Origin: Octopus vulgaris | Lineage: Eukaryota | DNA: 64,000 nucleotides | Direction of reading: 5' to 3' | Assembly (NCBI GenBank): GCA_951406725.2 | Contig: OX597818.1 | Coordinates: 135,160,001-135,224,000 of the forward strand | Shown: positions 51,835 to 64,000 of the stretch, piece after piece | Numbering within the stretch: position 1 is the stretch's first letter | How the letters are laid out: the number at the start of each line of letters is the position of its first letter | The notes under the pieces: model-generated | What the model was told of the DNA's origin: nothing | Databases searched by the model: none | The model's input: the letters and a program-made list of their open reading frames with translations, nothing else | Translations under genes and position numbers: made by a program

Positions 51835-53225
51835 ATGTACATATGTGTATATGTTTGTGTGTCTGTGTTTGTCCACCCAACATTGCTTGACAACCGATGC
51901 TGGTGTGTTTATGTCCTCGTAACTTAGCTGTTTGGCATAAGAAACCTATAGAGTAAGTACTAGGCCTACAAAGAATAAGTCCTGGGGTTGATTTGCTCGA
52001 CTAAAGGTGGTGCTCCAGCATGGCCACAGTCAAATGACTGAAACAAAGAGTAAAAGAGTATATATATATATATATATATATATACATACATGCACATGTG
52101 CACAGACAGACAGACAGACAAACAGAGTGTGAAGAGCCAAATTTAAGAGAGTAAGCAATCATACATAACTGGAAGATTAGGGAGTCCTTGGCCCAAAAAA
52201 AGATCACTTGCTTTCTTATTTCTTTATTGCCCACAAGGGGCTAAACATAGAGGGGACAAACAAGGACAGACAAATGGATTAAGTCAATTACATCGACCCC
52301 AGTGCATAGCTGGTACTTAATTTATCGACCCCGAAAGGATGAAAGTCAAAGTCAACCTTGGCGGAATTTGAACTCAGAACACAGCGGCGGAATTTGAACT
52401 CAGAACACAGCGGCGGACGAAATACCACAAAGCATTTCGCCCGGCATGCTAACGTTTCTGCCAGCTTGCTTTCTTGATATACAACAATATGTGAGTACTG
52501 CAGTAAACAACAACAACAACAGATATTGCTGTTTGGATATCACAGTAAAGTTCATAGCAAATATCAGATCAGGAAGGAAGAGGCTGGGAGAGAGAACTGC
52601 CATAGTAGCTGTCTATGTGGAAGATGGATAGCTGGAGAGGGGGGGGGGAACTGATTTATCAGAGCTAAAACCACCAACACTGTCAGACCTGTTCATCTTC
52701 CCAGCTTTGATCCCATTTAATTATTTTAAGTTGACAACCACAATTCACATCTCTGTAGGATCTTTCAGTACTTTGGAAATTCACACTTGATGACACTGAA
52801 GATAATAGTTTTTAAACTATGAGCACATATGTTGACCTTCCTTGTTTCATACAGCTAAATTTTACCCCCTAACCATCCATATGTTAATATAAAACCATTC
52901 TTCAAAAAATCTTGTTGAAACAAAATGTTTTTAATGGAGAGAAAAAAAAGAATAAAATTCCAAAACCAATATTAAAATAAGTTTATATGTCCACTGTAAT
53001 AAAATAAGAATATGGATAAGAACTGGAATGACAATTTCATGCTGTTGTGAATATGATGAGTGCCACTTTATAAAAGTGTGAAGTAGCCAGAATTTTGAGA
53101 AGATAATAAAATTTTTGTTACAAAATCAGATAACGTAGTTATTGATTTAGAGAAAATTACCTATCAAGAAATGAGGCAAGGTGGTTAAGAACTGAAATTA
53201 TATCAGAAATAATTACTGTTGGTCT

Positions 53226-53275
<50 letters not shown>

Positions 53276-53398
53276 ATATAAAAGGGCTTAGTAAAATAAA
53301 TTACTTTGCCGCATACTGGTCGCCTTAAATGGTCCCTTTGCATACTGAACACTTGGTGAAATTGATTAATAATTAATTAATTTTACCCTCAATTGTTG

Positions 53399-53452
<54 letters not shown>

Positions 53453-53701
53453 CAATTAAGATTCAAGTCAATTCCAATGAATTTACTTGAATGTGGTACT
53501 TAACTTAGATGCACCAGAAAACAATATGGTGTTAACCATACAGTAATGTGGGGTGATTATAAATGAGAAAGAAGCAACAAGAATGGATTCTTGTTGCTTC
53601 TTTCTCGTATATATACATATATATATATATGTATGTATAACGATAAGATCGAAGTGGCCAGCAAGGGAATAAAAACCTTCAAAGGTAATAATTATTATTA
53701 A

Positions 53702-53865
53702 AATTATAATTTAGGATATCTAAGAGATACCACCATGCTTGAAATAGCAGCCAAAACTTGACTCTAAAGCCACATTAAAAATTCATTTTTAAAGCGGCTT
53801 TAGAGTCAAGTTTTGGCTGCTATTTCAAGTGTGGTGGTATCTCTTAGATACCCTAAATTATAATT
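53702..53865. repeat. Near-perfect foldback of about 164 nt between (TA)n tracts
   Basis: AATTATAATTTAGGATATCTAAGAGATACCACC...CTAAAGCC pairs with GGCTTTAG...GGTGGTATCTCTTAGATACCCTAAATTATAATT. Confidence 0.92.
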
Positions 53866-53867
53866 AT

Positions 53868-53899
<32 letters not shown>

Positions 53900-54139
53900 T
53901 TTTTTTTTTCTTTGCTAGATAGTACCTGAGATGAAGACAGAATGAACCAACTAAAATGTTATTCCAATCATAGAATGCCAAATGATTCTTAACCTGGAAA
54001 TATTGAAATATTTGAATAAATATGTTTCCCCAACCACCACCAGTCCTGAAATTTGGATGTTTAGTTTAAAAGAAATTTAGAACATTTACAGAATTTTTAG
54101 TCAAGTACTAAAAATTAAATATTGATTCTTAGCATGGGA

Positions 54140-54413
54140 GGTTGTTGCTGTTGAGCGAAGCGGTCTTCGTCCCAGTAGTGGGAGAAGTCCGAAACGTGGT
54201 CCTTTGCTATTCGTAAGACTCGCAGAAGAGAAAGCAGGTCAACCCCTGACACCGGATGGATGAATGCGCATCCAGGCTCAGCGGTTGCGTAGGAAGTCGG
54301 GGACAAGAAACAGGAAGAAAGAGTGAGAGAAAGTTGGAGCAAAAGAGTACAACGGGGGTCGCCACCACCCCCTGCCGGAGCCTCGTGGAGCTTTTTAGGT
54401 GTTTTCGCTCAAT
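54140..54413 (-). mobile_element. SINE family C relative with a different 3' tail, 5'-truncated
   Basis: Shares ATTGAGCGAAAACACCTAAA...CTTCCTGTTTCT with 10273-10663, then diverges; ends in a (CAA)-type tail. Confidence 0.75.
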
Positions 54414-56685
54414 GAGGTTGCTGCTTAACTCCAGTTTTATGGCATGAGTCTGTGAGAGACTAATGTCTCTCTCTGGACACACCAATGAGAGAGTTTCTAT
54501 GATAATGATAATACATGTTATTAGTGATATACTTATTGAGTCTTTAGGTGACACATAGTGGACTTTTATAAAAATAATTCCACTGCAATATCATGCTATA
54601 AAAATATTTCCCTAAAATGAAAATACATGAACGCATATAAGTAACAGTTCAAAAACAAGATTACTCAATTACTAATGAAGTAAAAATTTTGATATGCTAT
54701 GTGGTTGAACAACCTGCTAAAAACAGTAGCCAAATTTCCCTGAAATTCTATTATGGATAATTTTGTCCTAGATACACAAGAAACAAATAGATAGGATGGT
54801 CATAGCTGGAATGCATTTGATTATATCTTACCAGGAGTTATACAAGAACAATAGAAACTAGTCTGTCACAGGCAATATTCTTAAATGCACCACCACTTAT
54901 TCCCAATAACATGGGTAACCACTGAGATAAAAATAAGTAGTCTGATAACAGACTCCCTCCACAGGGCCATTTCAACTCTACACCCTGTAAAATAATTCCA
55001 GCCAAAACACATGAGTGAACATATAGACACATGAATGAAAGACATCATGTGTTTGTTAAATCTGCCAGAAATAGCAGCCAAATCTCCTTGAAATCTCATT
55101 ATACCAAAAGTAAATTTATACTGAATAATGCAGGTTCTAGATGTGAAAGTAACATGAGATGGTCATGGCCGGCTGGATTAGAAACATAAAGTGAAGAAAT
55201 ATAAACACCACAAACAATGGCAACAAAAGCAGCAGCAACAACAACAACAACAACTAACCACAGCCTTTTATAGATTTACAGATATTGTACAGAACTTTAA
55301 AAAGTATCTGAGATATTCCTGCAAATATTTCTATGTAATATATAGCCACTGCCCTTTAACCTTATGTGCCTCATCGAGGCTGCTCTTGGACCCTTTGTAA
55401 CCTACTAAGATTCACTTATTGGAGGAACTCCTTACTATGAAGAAATTATCTCTGAAATTATGCACTAAAGCTGATAAGAAAAAGATGAATGGTTTTATGT
55501 ATGAGAATATATTTCTTTACTGCCCACAGGGGGCTAAACATAGAGGGGACAAACAAGGACAGACAAAGGGATTAAGTCGATTACATCGACCCCAGTTGGA
55601 AACTGGTACTTTATTTATCGACCCCAAAAGGATGAAAGGCAAAGTTGACCTTGGCGGAATTTGAACTCAGAACGTAATGACAGATGAAATACGGCTATGC
55701 ATTTCACCCGGCGTGCTAGATGAAAACTCAGAACTGAATTCATGATTCTCTCCTCTTGCCCCCAGTCCTGATTTTGTAATTAATACCAGAAATATTTAAG
55801 TGATTTGTTTATTTTATTTGAAGCAGCTGAATTAAAAACTGGTGCTGGTTTGGGTTGACAGAGTGTTAAACTGTTGCTGGGTGAAAGGTTAAGTTCCATA
55901 TTCCATTCACCAACACAATGTTGTGTTGACATTCAGTCTATTTATTGCCTGTTTCAATCCACTTTAAATAGTTGCCATAGGTAGGTTTATCCCCACCACC
56001 AATGTAGGCTTGCAGAATTGAAAAATGAGTAATGGTAAGTTTTTAGCTTGCTGTATAGGATACAATCTTCTCAATGGGGTTGTAGTAGACAACAAGAAGC
56101 CCCTCCTATGAAACATCTCCTAAGAAATCTTTATATCCACAAGATAACTAGGGAATTCAATCTCCCAGTGACACTTTCAACAGTATCAAACAGTTAAGAT
56201 AACAAAAATAAACCATACAGCAACTGGCAACATCTTCCTCTGAAAGTAATATAGTCATTATTGCTTCCCAAGACACTGAAGATGTGTTGGATGGGGAAGT
56301 GGTTGTCATACAGAAAGGAAAATAGCTTTAATGAATATTCCTTATTAAAGGGAAAAAAAATCTGTTTATCACATATTTAAGACTTAATAGCTTCTTTTTG
56401 AATTAATCAAGGAAGTTATTATATATGTAGTACTTCTGTCTGTTAAAAAATAACAATTCTATTGTAGGCACAAGGTCTGAAATTTTGGGGGAAGTGAGTT
56501 AGTTGATTATATCAGCCCCAGTATTCAACTGGTACTTATTTTATCGACCTGAAAAGGATGAAAGGTAAAGTAGATATGAGGGGCATTTGAACTTGGAACA
56601 TAAAGCTAGAAGAAATTCCACGAAACATTTTGTCCAGCATGCTAACAATTCTGCCAGTTTACCACCTTAATAATAATAACAATCC

Positions 56686-57168
56686 TTTCTTTATTAGCCA
56701 CAAGGGCTGACAAAAATAAGATTGGACATTACAAAATATGAAGGACAAAGTAGGGTTACATAAAGTGTTGTGTAAAAAGTCGATAACAATGAAAAATATA
56801 ACAACGAAAATGCGTAAAAGAGGCAAGCAACACAAGGCTACTCATGGAGACCCCGCAAATAAATGTCAAGTGCCCTGACCACTCAGGCAAGAGCCCTCTC
56901 TCCATCATTCTCTCTCTCTCTCAGCCTTGGAAACTCAAAAGCACATGCTCAAAGTAGGCCCATTGATACGGACCATCTTTGTCACATTCATCAAACTTTC
57001 AACAAATTTGCTGGAAGTCAGCACTTCTCTCTTTCCTTTTCAGATGGTATCTAAAAAAGTTGATGAGGTGTAGCCCTTGCAGTCTAGACCACCACACAAC
57101 TTCTTTTGCTACAACCACGAGACATGAAAATTGCATACTCTTGCTGGCCAAAGGAAGGCGGTGCGACA
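56686..57168 (-). mobile_element. Tx1/L1-like LINE 3' fragment inserted in (TAA)n
   Basis: Minus translation LVVVAKEVVWWSRLQGLHLINFFRYHLKRK.REVL...F resembles Tx1/L1 C-termini. It is followed by a 3' UTR, and (TAA)n lies on both flanks. Confidence 0.55.
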
Positions 57169-58939
57169 AATAATAATAATAATAATAATAAAGCTACCTT
57201 TATTATCATTATCATGGTCATAATTTGTTATTCTTCTGAGAGAAAAAAATAATGCAATGAGGAAAGATGTTTATTTTGAAAATAGTGCGGAAAAGGTTTC
57301 CACGGTGTTACAATGTACTTTCCCTTATAATAGGGGCCCGTGAGGGACCAAAACAACACCTTCAATACTTAACAAACACCTAAAAAAGAACATAATTAGA
57401 ATTCCATCCTTAGTAATATACTGAGACTGATGAAGTTGTTGATGGTGGTCTTAGTGGTAGTGATGATGGTGGTGGTGGTAGTGGTGGTGGTGGTAGTGAT
57501 ATTGGTGATGTTGGTAATAAAAATAAATGGAGGGATACATACAATAATGATAATAACAGCAGTCTAATTTGCCCATTATTCAGCAAACCAGAGAAAAGGT
57601 CAAAGTGAAAACAGGAACCAAGGCAACTTCCAGCCTTCCATTTTTGACATACAATTAGAGAGGTCATCCAGCCTACACAACTATGACATACATACACACA
57701 CACTGGAAAACTGTGACAGTGTGTCATGTTTGTGTAACATACACACACACACACTCCAGCCTTCAGTCAGAGAACAGCAAACACACTCTTACCTTCATTA
57801 GTCAGTGTCTGAATATCTGTCTGTCTGTTTCTTTCTCTTTCTCTCTCTCTCTTCCTCTTAAGGTCAGAAGTTGTCACAGTGAAATACCCAGGTCAAGTTA
57901 CCACAATATTTGGGATTCACAAAGTTGAAATACAGAGAAAGGAATTAAAAAAGCAAATGACAGAAAAGAAATTTTTCTCCTAGTTAGAAGCCAGTTATTA
58001 ATTATATCATTTGAATTCAGTGCAAAAAGACGCAAAATGTTCTCTAATCTTAATGTGAAAAGGCTTTATTAAAATAGACAAGACATATACTCACACACAT
58101 CGTCATCATCATCATTTAAAATCCACATTCCATGCTGGCATGGGTTGGATGGTTTGACCTGAAGACTATGCCAAGCTCAAGTGTTTGCTGTGGCATGGTT
58201 TCTCCAGCTGGATGCCCTTCCTAACACCAACTACTTTACAGAGTGTACTGGATGCTTTTTATGTGGCACCAACACCAGTGAAGTCACTGAGTAACTTGCA
58301 AGATAGCAACCTTCAACAAATTGGGGAGTAGTAGTATGAGGAGATGGCTTAGTGTCTGGTGATAAGAGGTTAAGGGTATGATAGAGGGAGAGAAAAAGGT
58401 ATCTTGCAGTAGAGAAGATACATTGCTACCTCAGTTGGAAAAAGAGAAAGGAGACAGAGAGAGATAAAATAAGATGGTGAAGATGTCATGGCAGACCATC
58501 AAGTTACAAGGTGTACATAAGTGAAGAGGTACAGAGAATTAGATAGAGTAGACAGCAATGTTCATGATATGTGTGTGTGTGTCATTATCATCATTTAATG
58601 TCCATTTTCCATGCTGGCATGGGTTGGATGATTTGACAGGAGCTGGCCAGTTGAAAAGCTGCCCAGGTTCCTTATCTGTTTTGGCATGATTTCTATAGCT
58701 TGATGTCATTCCAAATGCCAATTACTTTACAGAGTGTACTGGGTGCTTTTACACAGCACTGGCATGGGTGTTTTTGTATGTGGTACCAGCACCCACAAGA
58801 CTAGGATCCCTCAGGTGAAGAGGGATGTAAGGGACATGTGTGTCCCTTACATTCATCATCTCTGTTTTTCAAATAAATGCCACTGGTCACTCTTAGTTAT
58901 TTCTCTTAATTTACTTTCATTTCATTTATGCAAACTTAC

Positions 58940-58993
58940 CTCAGCCATAAATATGTTCAATACATTTTTGTTCATGTCTAAGGATCCCACCTG
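58940..58993 (-). other. Candidate 54-nt exon with NAGNAG acceptor
   Basis: ctcattttCAG|CAGGTG...GCTGAG|GTAAGT; frame 0 is open (QVGSLDMNKNVLNIFMAE). Confidence 0.3.
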
Positions 58994-59275
58994 CTGAAAA
59001 TGAGTTTTACAATTATGGTGCTGATGACACCTATTAAGGTACAAACATGTGTCCACAACTATTTTCTAGTCTTCAGACAATAAAACTGCCTTTTCCTTAA
59101 TAACATGTTAATTCCGGAGAATTCCTAAGTCTTCAGATTAACTTCCCTTTCCATTTGGAGTTGGTACTAATTGCCACCAAGCAATTATTCTATCCTCACT
59201 GGAACAGAGATACTTTCAATAAACCAATAATTTTTTCTTGTATGTTATTTAATATGTCCTTGTTCACCTTTGCTG

Positions 59276-59324
<49 letters not shown>

Positions 59325-59328
<4 letters not shown>

Positions 59329-59540
59329 ATCCAAACAAGAAAGCACAAAAAAAACACAACAACACGAGGACGTGGAACAAATATAGTATTATTGGATGTT
59401 CAGGAAAGAAGGAAAGAAGGAGGGTTTAACGTTTCGAGCGAAGCTCTTCGTCGGAAACATAGGAGAAGGAAAGATCCAGAGAAGGGAAGACAGAGGGAAA
59501 AAAAAAATCGCCAACGGTACACATGAGGTCACATTTGAAA
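59325..59540 (-). mobile_element. Retrozyme/Penelope-like short insert of about 215 bp in (TA)n
   Basis: Flanked by (TA)n on both sides and contains the hammerhead motif at 59424-59458. Confidence 0.65.
59424..59458 (-). ncRNA. Minimal type-I hammerhead ribozyme motif (U4C variant)
   Basis: The minus strand reads GTTT CCGACGA A GAGC TTC GCTC GAAACGTT AAAC. Confidence 0.65.
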
Positions 59541-59834
59541 TATATATATATATATATATATACATATATACACACACACACACATATCTGTTTAGTGTTG
59601 ACTGTTGGAAGAAAGAGTACTAGATATCATCTTAGATATTAATAATACTTTTATTTTGGCTGAATCAGTCCCTTGCTACTCAGTTTTGCCTGTGGATGCA
59701 CAGGGTCTCCAAGCAAGTTACAACACTTGAATGACTCAGTTCTAACTTGCCTGAAGACCCTGTGGCACCCACATGTGAAATTTGGAGTAGCAAGAGACTA
59801 ATTCAACCAAAATAAATATATATATATATATATT

Positions 59835-61190
59835 AGAATCAGATTAGATGAAATGCAATTTGGCTTTGTGCCAGGGAGAAGCACTACTGATGTTATATTT
59901 ATAGTCAGGCAACTTCAAGAGAAATATTTGGCTAAGAATAAACCATTGTACTTGGTGTTTGTTGATGTGGAGAAAGCCTTTGACAGATTATCCTGCTGTA
60001 TGATATGATGGGCTCTGAGGAAGCTAGGGGTAGACAAGTGACTTGTGAAAGCTGTACAAGTCAGGTACAGAAGTTCTGTCAATAAGGTGAGAATTAAGCA
60101 TGAGTACAGTGATGAATTTTAGTGTACAGGTAAGCATTCATCAGGGTTCAGTTGTCAGTCCCATTCTATTCATCATTGTCCTCCAGGCCATAACAGAAGA
60201 AGTCAAGACCAGCTGTCACTGGGAACTGTTATATACTGATGATTGTACTTTCATACTAGATTCTGTAACAAAACTAGAAAAGAAATTCCAGTTGTGAAAA
60301 TAAAACCAGGAATTGAAGGGCCTTAACCCTTTAGTGTTTAAACCGGCTATATCCAGCCCGAATATTCTACTCATTTTATGCTCAAACTGGCCAGAACCAG
60401 TATCTCACACCTACCCTGCAATGTCATTCTAAAAATAAACAATTACATCTTTCAAATCTTGAGGCTACAAGATAATACCAGATTAATTTTTTAAAATGTA
60501 AATGAATAAGGATTACTTATGACATATTAATTTGAACGCTAAAGGGTTAAGGTTAACTTAGCAAAAACTAAGGTTCTAGTAAGAAATTAGACAGGATCCT
60601 ACCCCCATCAGGTATATGAGCCTGCTCAGTATGTAAGAAAGGTGTAGGCAAGAATTGCATATGGTGTACCCAGTGCAAGCTATGGAAACACAAGGGGTGC
60701 AGTGAAATAATAGGAGGGTTAGGGTTAGGGTCAGAGAAAGTGTTTGTACATGGAGTACATGGAAAATGCACAAGAGCCATAAAAGCTACACATACTCAGG
60801 AAATCGATTTTCTCAAATGTCTTGGAGGCTCTTTGGCAGTGGGAGAGGATGTACCAAAAGTGTAATTGCAAGAATGTGATGGAGAAAATTCAGAGAACTT
60901 TTACCTCTGTTGGCAACCAAAGATCTTTCTCTCTCCAAGTGAAAGGAAGATTGTATGATGAATGTGTATGAACAGCAATGCTACATGGTCATGAGATGTG
61001 GGTCCTGTATGCAAAGGAATGCACCTAGTACACACTATAAAGTGTTTGGTGCTAGACAGATCATCCAGCCATATAAACCATGCCAAAACAACAATGGAGC
61101 CTGATGTGCCCCCTGGTCTTACCAGCTCTTCTCAAACTGTCCAACCCATGCCAGCATGAAAAATGGACATTGAATGACAACAATGATGAT
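59835..61190 (+). mobile_element. RTE-clade LINE remnant including the reverse transcriptase core
   Basis: LDEMQFGFVPGRSTTD...RQLQEKY...FVDVEKAFDR...IHQGSVVSPILF...ELLYTDD...LKVNLAKTK with stops; RTE-type tail near 61190. Confidence 0.9.
60323..60550. mobile_element. piggyBac-type MITE (family P2) nested in the RTE ORF
   Basis: TTAA duplication; removing the insert restores the codons for LKGLKVNLAKTK. Confidence 0.92.
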
Positions 61191-62240
61191 AAATATATTC
61201 TTATGTGATGTGCTAAAATGCACGACATATACATACACATACACTATACATACTCAAGCACATACACATAAATACCAATTCTACATAATAGGCACTATGT
61301 ATGTATTCATATACGTATGTAGGTATTAACTGCATAAAAGGCGGCGAGCTGGCAGAAACGTTAGCACGCCGGGCGAAATGCTTAGCGGTATTTCGTCTGC
61401 GTTACGTTGTGAGTTCAAATTCCGCCGAGGTCGACTTTGCCTTTCATCCTTTCGGGGTTGATAAATTAAGTACCAGTTACGCACTGGGGTCGATGTAATC
61501 GACTTAATACCTATGTCTGTCCTTGTTTTGTCCCCTCTGTGTTTAGCCCCTTGTGGGTAGTAAAGAAATAGGTATTAACTTCTTACACATCTATACACAC
61601 ACTTACATACATTTGTTGCTCTTACAGCTCCCAAAAGAAACATGGAGAAAGGAAGGGCTTTTTGTACTTTTCCCCCCTCACTTTTACCAATTATCCAAAA
61701 CATCAACAATGTACACAGTATCCCTCCATCATTTCTGAAGCAATTACGTTTCAAACTTAAAGAAAAAAGTTATGAAATAAAAAAATTAATTTGAACTGAA
61801 ATAAGAGCAAAGACGAAGGTGGGGGAATGAAACTGCGTCTAATTTTTTAATGTAAAACTGGTAAATATTCTATCTTTTACTTGTTTCAGTCACTCAACTT
61901 CAGTCACACTGGGGCAATACCTTAAAAGGTTTTAATCAAACAAATCAAACTCAGTACTTATTTTTTAAGTCTAGTACTTATTCATTGGTCTCTTTTGCAG
62001 AACAACTACAGTATGAGGACATAAACATACCAACACCAATTATCAAGCAGTAGTGGGACACAAACACACTCACTCACACATACACAACATTCTTCTTTCA
62101 GTTTCCATCTACCAAATTTACTCACAAGGCTCCTCCATAAGGTTGCTATCACGATTCTACCCCCATGACCCATGAGTAGTAGATGGAGAAGATGGATTAT
62201 TATTCTCATTATTATTATCTATTATTATAATAATAAATAA

Positions 62241-62489
62241 ATGCACCCTTTTAAAGCCTAGCTAGGCTCACGGGCCCGGTTTCCTGGTTTCTATGGTGTA
62301 TATGTTTCCCAGCTGGACGGGACACCAGTCCATCGCAGCATTACTCATTTTTGCCAGCTAAGTGGACTGGAGCAATGTGAAATGAAGTGTTTTGCTCAAG
62401 AACACAACACGTCGGCCGGTCCAGGAATCAAAACCACAATCTTACGATCATGATGCTGACACCCTAACCACTAAGCCACGCACCTCCAC
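62241..62489 (-). mobile_element. tRNA-derived SINE (family D)
   Basis: The minus strand reads GGAGGTGCGTGGCTTAGTGG (A box), GGTTTTGATTCC (B box), CTTGAGCAAAACACTT and GCGATGGACTGGTGTCCCGTCCAG; inserted in (TTA)n. Confidence 0.8.
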
Positions 62490-64000
62490 ATTTATTATTA
62501 TAATTATTGTTATTAAGGTGGTGAACTGGTAGAATCGCTACACACTAGGCAAAATGCTCGGCAACCTTTCATCCATCTTGATGTTCTGAGTTCAAATTCC
62601 ACTGAGGTCAACTTTGCTTTTCATTCTTTCAGGGTCAATGAAATAAGTACCAGTTGAACACTGGGATTAATGTAATTGACTTGCCCCTCCTCTGAGATTT
62701 CCGGCCTTGTGCCAAAATTTGAAACCATTATTATTAGTAGTAACTGAATATTCTATGCTATCAATTGGGGAAGGAAATCAGGTACATCTCCTCTGAGGAG
62801 TAAAACTACTAAACAATTTGTCAGGAGACCAACCACCAACTCCACTTTACCCCACACATCAAAAGCATCAAAGTAATGTGCTTAAAGTCTTATTACTTCC
62901 TATCACCTCTGTAGTTTTCTAGTATTTAAATGTATTTTAGTCCTTATTTAAACAGCGTTGTACATAAAATATACTTTTTTAATTAATGATGGGCTGTCTA
63001 AATCACATATATGCAAATTAAGCTATACACCATGATAAAAGTTAATTACCATCATCATTTAACGTCCATTATCCATGCTGGCATTGGTTGGACAGTTTGA
63101 CTGGGCTGGCATGCTGGAAGGCTGCGCCAGGCTCCAGTCTGATTTGGTATAGTTTTCTATGGTTGGATGCCCTTCCTAACATCAACCACTCAACGAGTGT
63201 AATGGGTGCTTTTACATTCCACCAGCACGGGTGCCATTTGCGTGACACCAGTATCTGCCACAACTACGATTTTGCTCAATTTGATGGCTCTTCTTCTCAA
63301 GCATGACATAATGCCGGAGGTCTTGATCGTTGCCTATGTGAGACCCAACACTTGAAAGGAGGTCAGCCACTTTGCTTCTATGAGGCCCGCTTGAAAGGAA
63401 CTCAGCCACCTCGCTTCTGTGAGGCCCAACACTCGAAAGAAACTCAGCCACTTGACTCCACGAGGCCCAACACTCTAAAGGAACGCAGCCATGAGGCCCA
63501 ACGTTCAAAGGTCGATATTTTACATGCCACCAGCACAGGGGCACTTGGCTTGATGGGTCCACTTAAGCAGAGCATATCGCCAAAGGTCTCAGTCACTAGT
63601 CATTGCCTTGGTGAGGTTCAAAGTTCATGCTTCACCACCTCGTCCCCATGTCTTCCTGGGTTTATCTCTACCACAGGTTCCTTCCAATTGATATGTATAT
63701 ATACATATATGTATCAGCTGAACACACCTATGATACTAATTGTTAACCAATCCTCAGATAAGAGGGGTATCAATATTTCTAAGGCTTCTAAATATTTAAA
63801 TTATTATTAAATATACGATAGGCTTAAGAAGCTGAATAGATAAGACACTGGACTACCAGTTCATATTCACATTGACTGCATTATTTCATTGTGTATTTTT
63901 ACATTTAATACACTGTACCAAATATGAGTAAACAAGTCTCCATGTTATATCACCTGTCTGGCACTTACTGGAAGAGAGAGAAATTATTTCTTACCTATTT

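Noticed and set aside
63340-63510. Tandem units of about 36-40 bp (GAGGCCCAACA...TCAGCCAC)
   Set aside because: They are a local expansion of the RTE C-terminal segment within a LINE fragment.

Overview
AT-rich, microsatellite- and repeat-dense animal DNA. The SINE/LINE families look like those of octopus/coleoid cephalopods (recognised by eye, not by database search). I found no intact host protein-coding gene; the window reads as one long intron or intergenic stretch, with a few splice-signal pairs on the minus strand. Almost all ORF-track entries are artefacts of microsatellites, SINEs or a 17-bp minisatellite. Supported features are decayed RTE, CR1, Tx1/L1-like and possible R4/Dong LINE fragments, a Penelope-like GIY-YIG endonuclease remnant, an internally deleted DD41D Tc1/mariner element, five TTAA-flanked piggyBac-type MITEs and many tRNA-derived SINE copies. 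The best leads are: (i) a recursive-splice-site-like CAG|GTAAGA with a 61-nt downstream exon; (ii) several minimal type-I hammerhead ribozyme motifs in Penelope/retrozyme-like inserts; (iii) a dispersed repeat whose 5' end may fold like an HDV ribozyme; (iv) a very young tandem-plus-inverted pseudo-LTR insert in (TA)n; (v) a LINE/SINE shared 3' tail; (vi) many long foldbacks that could be A-to-I editing substrates. Repeat boundaries are approximate unless a TSD is quoted.
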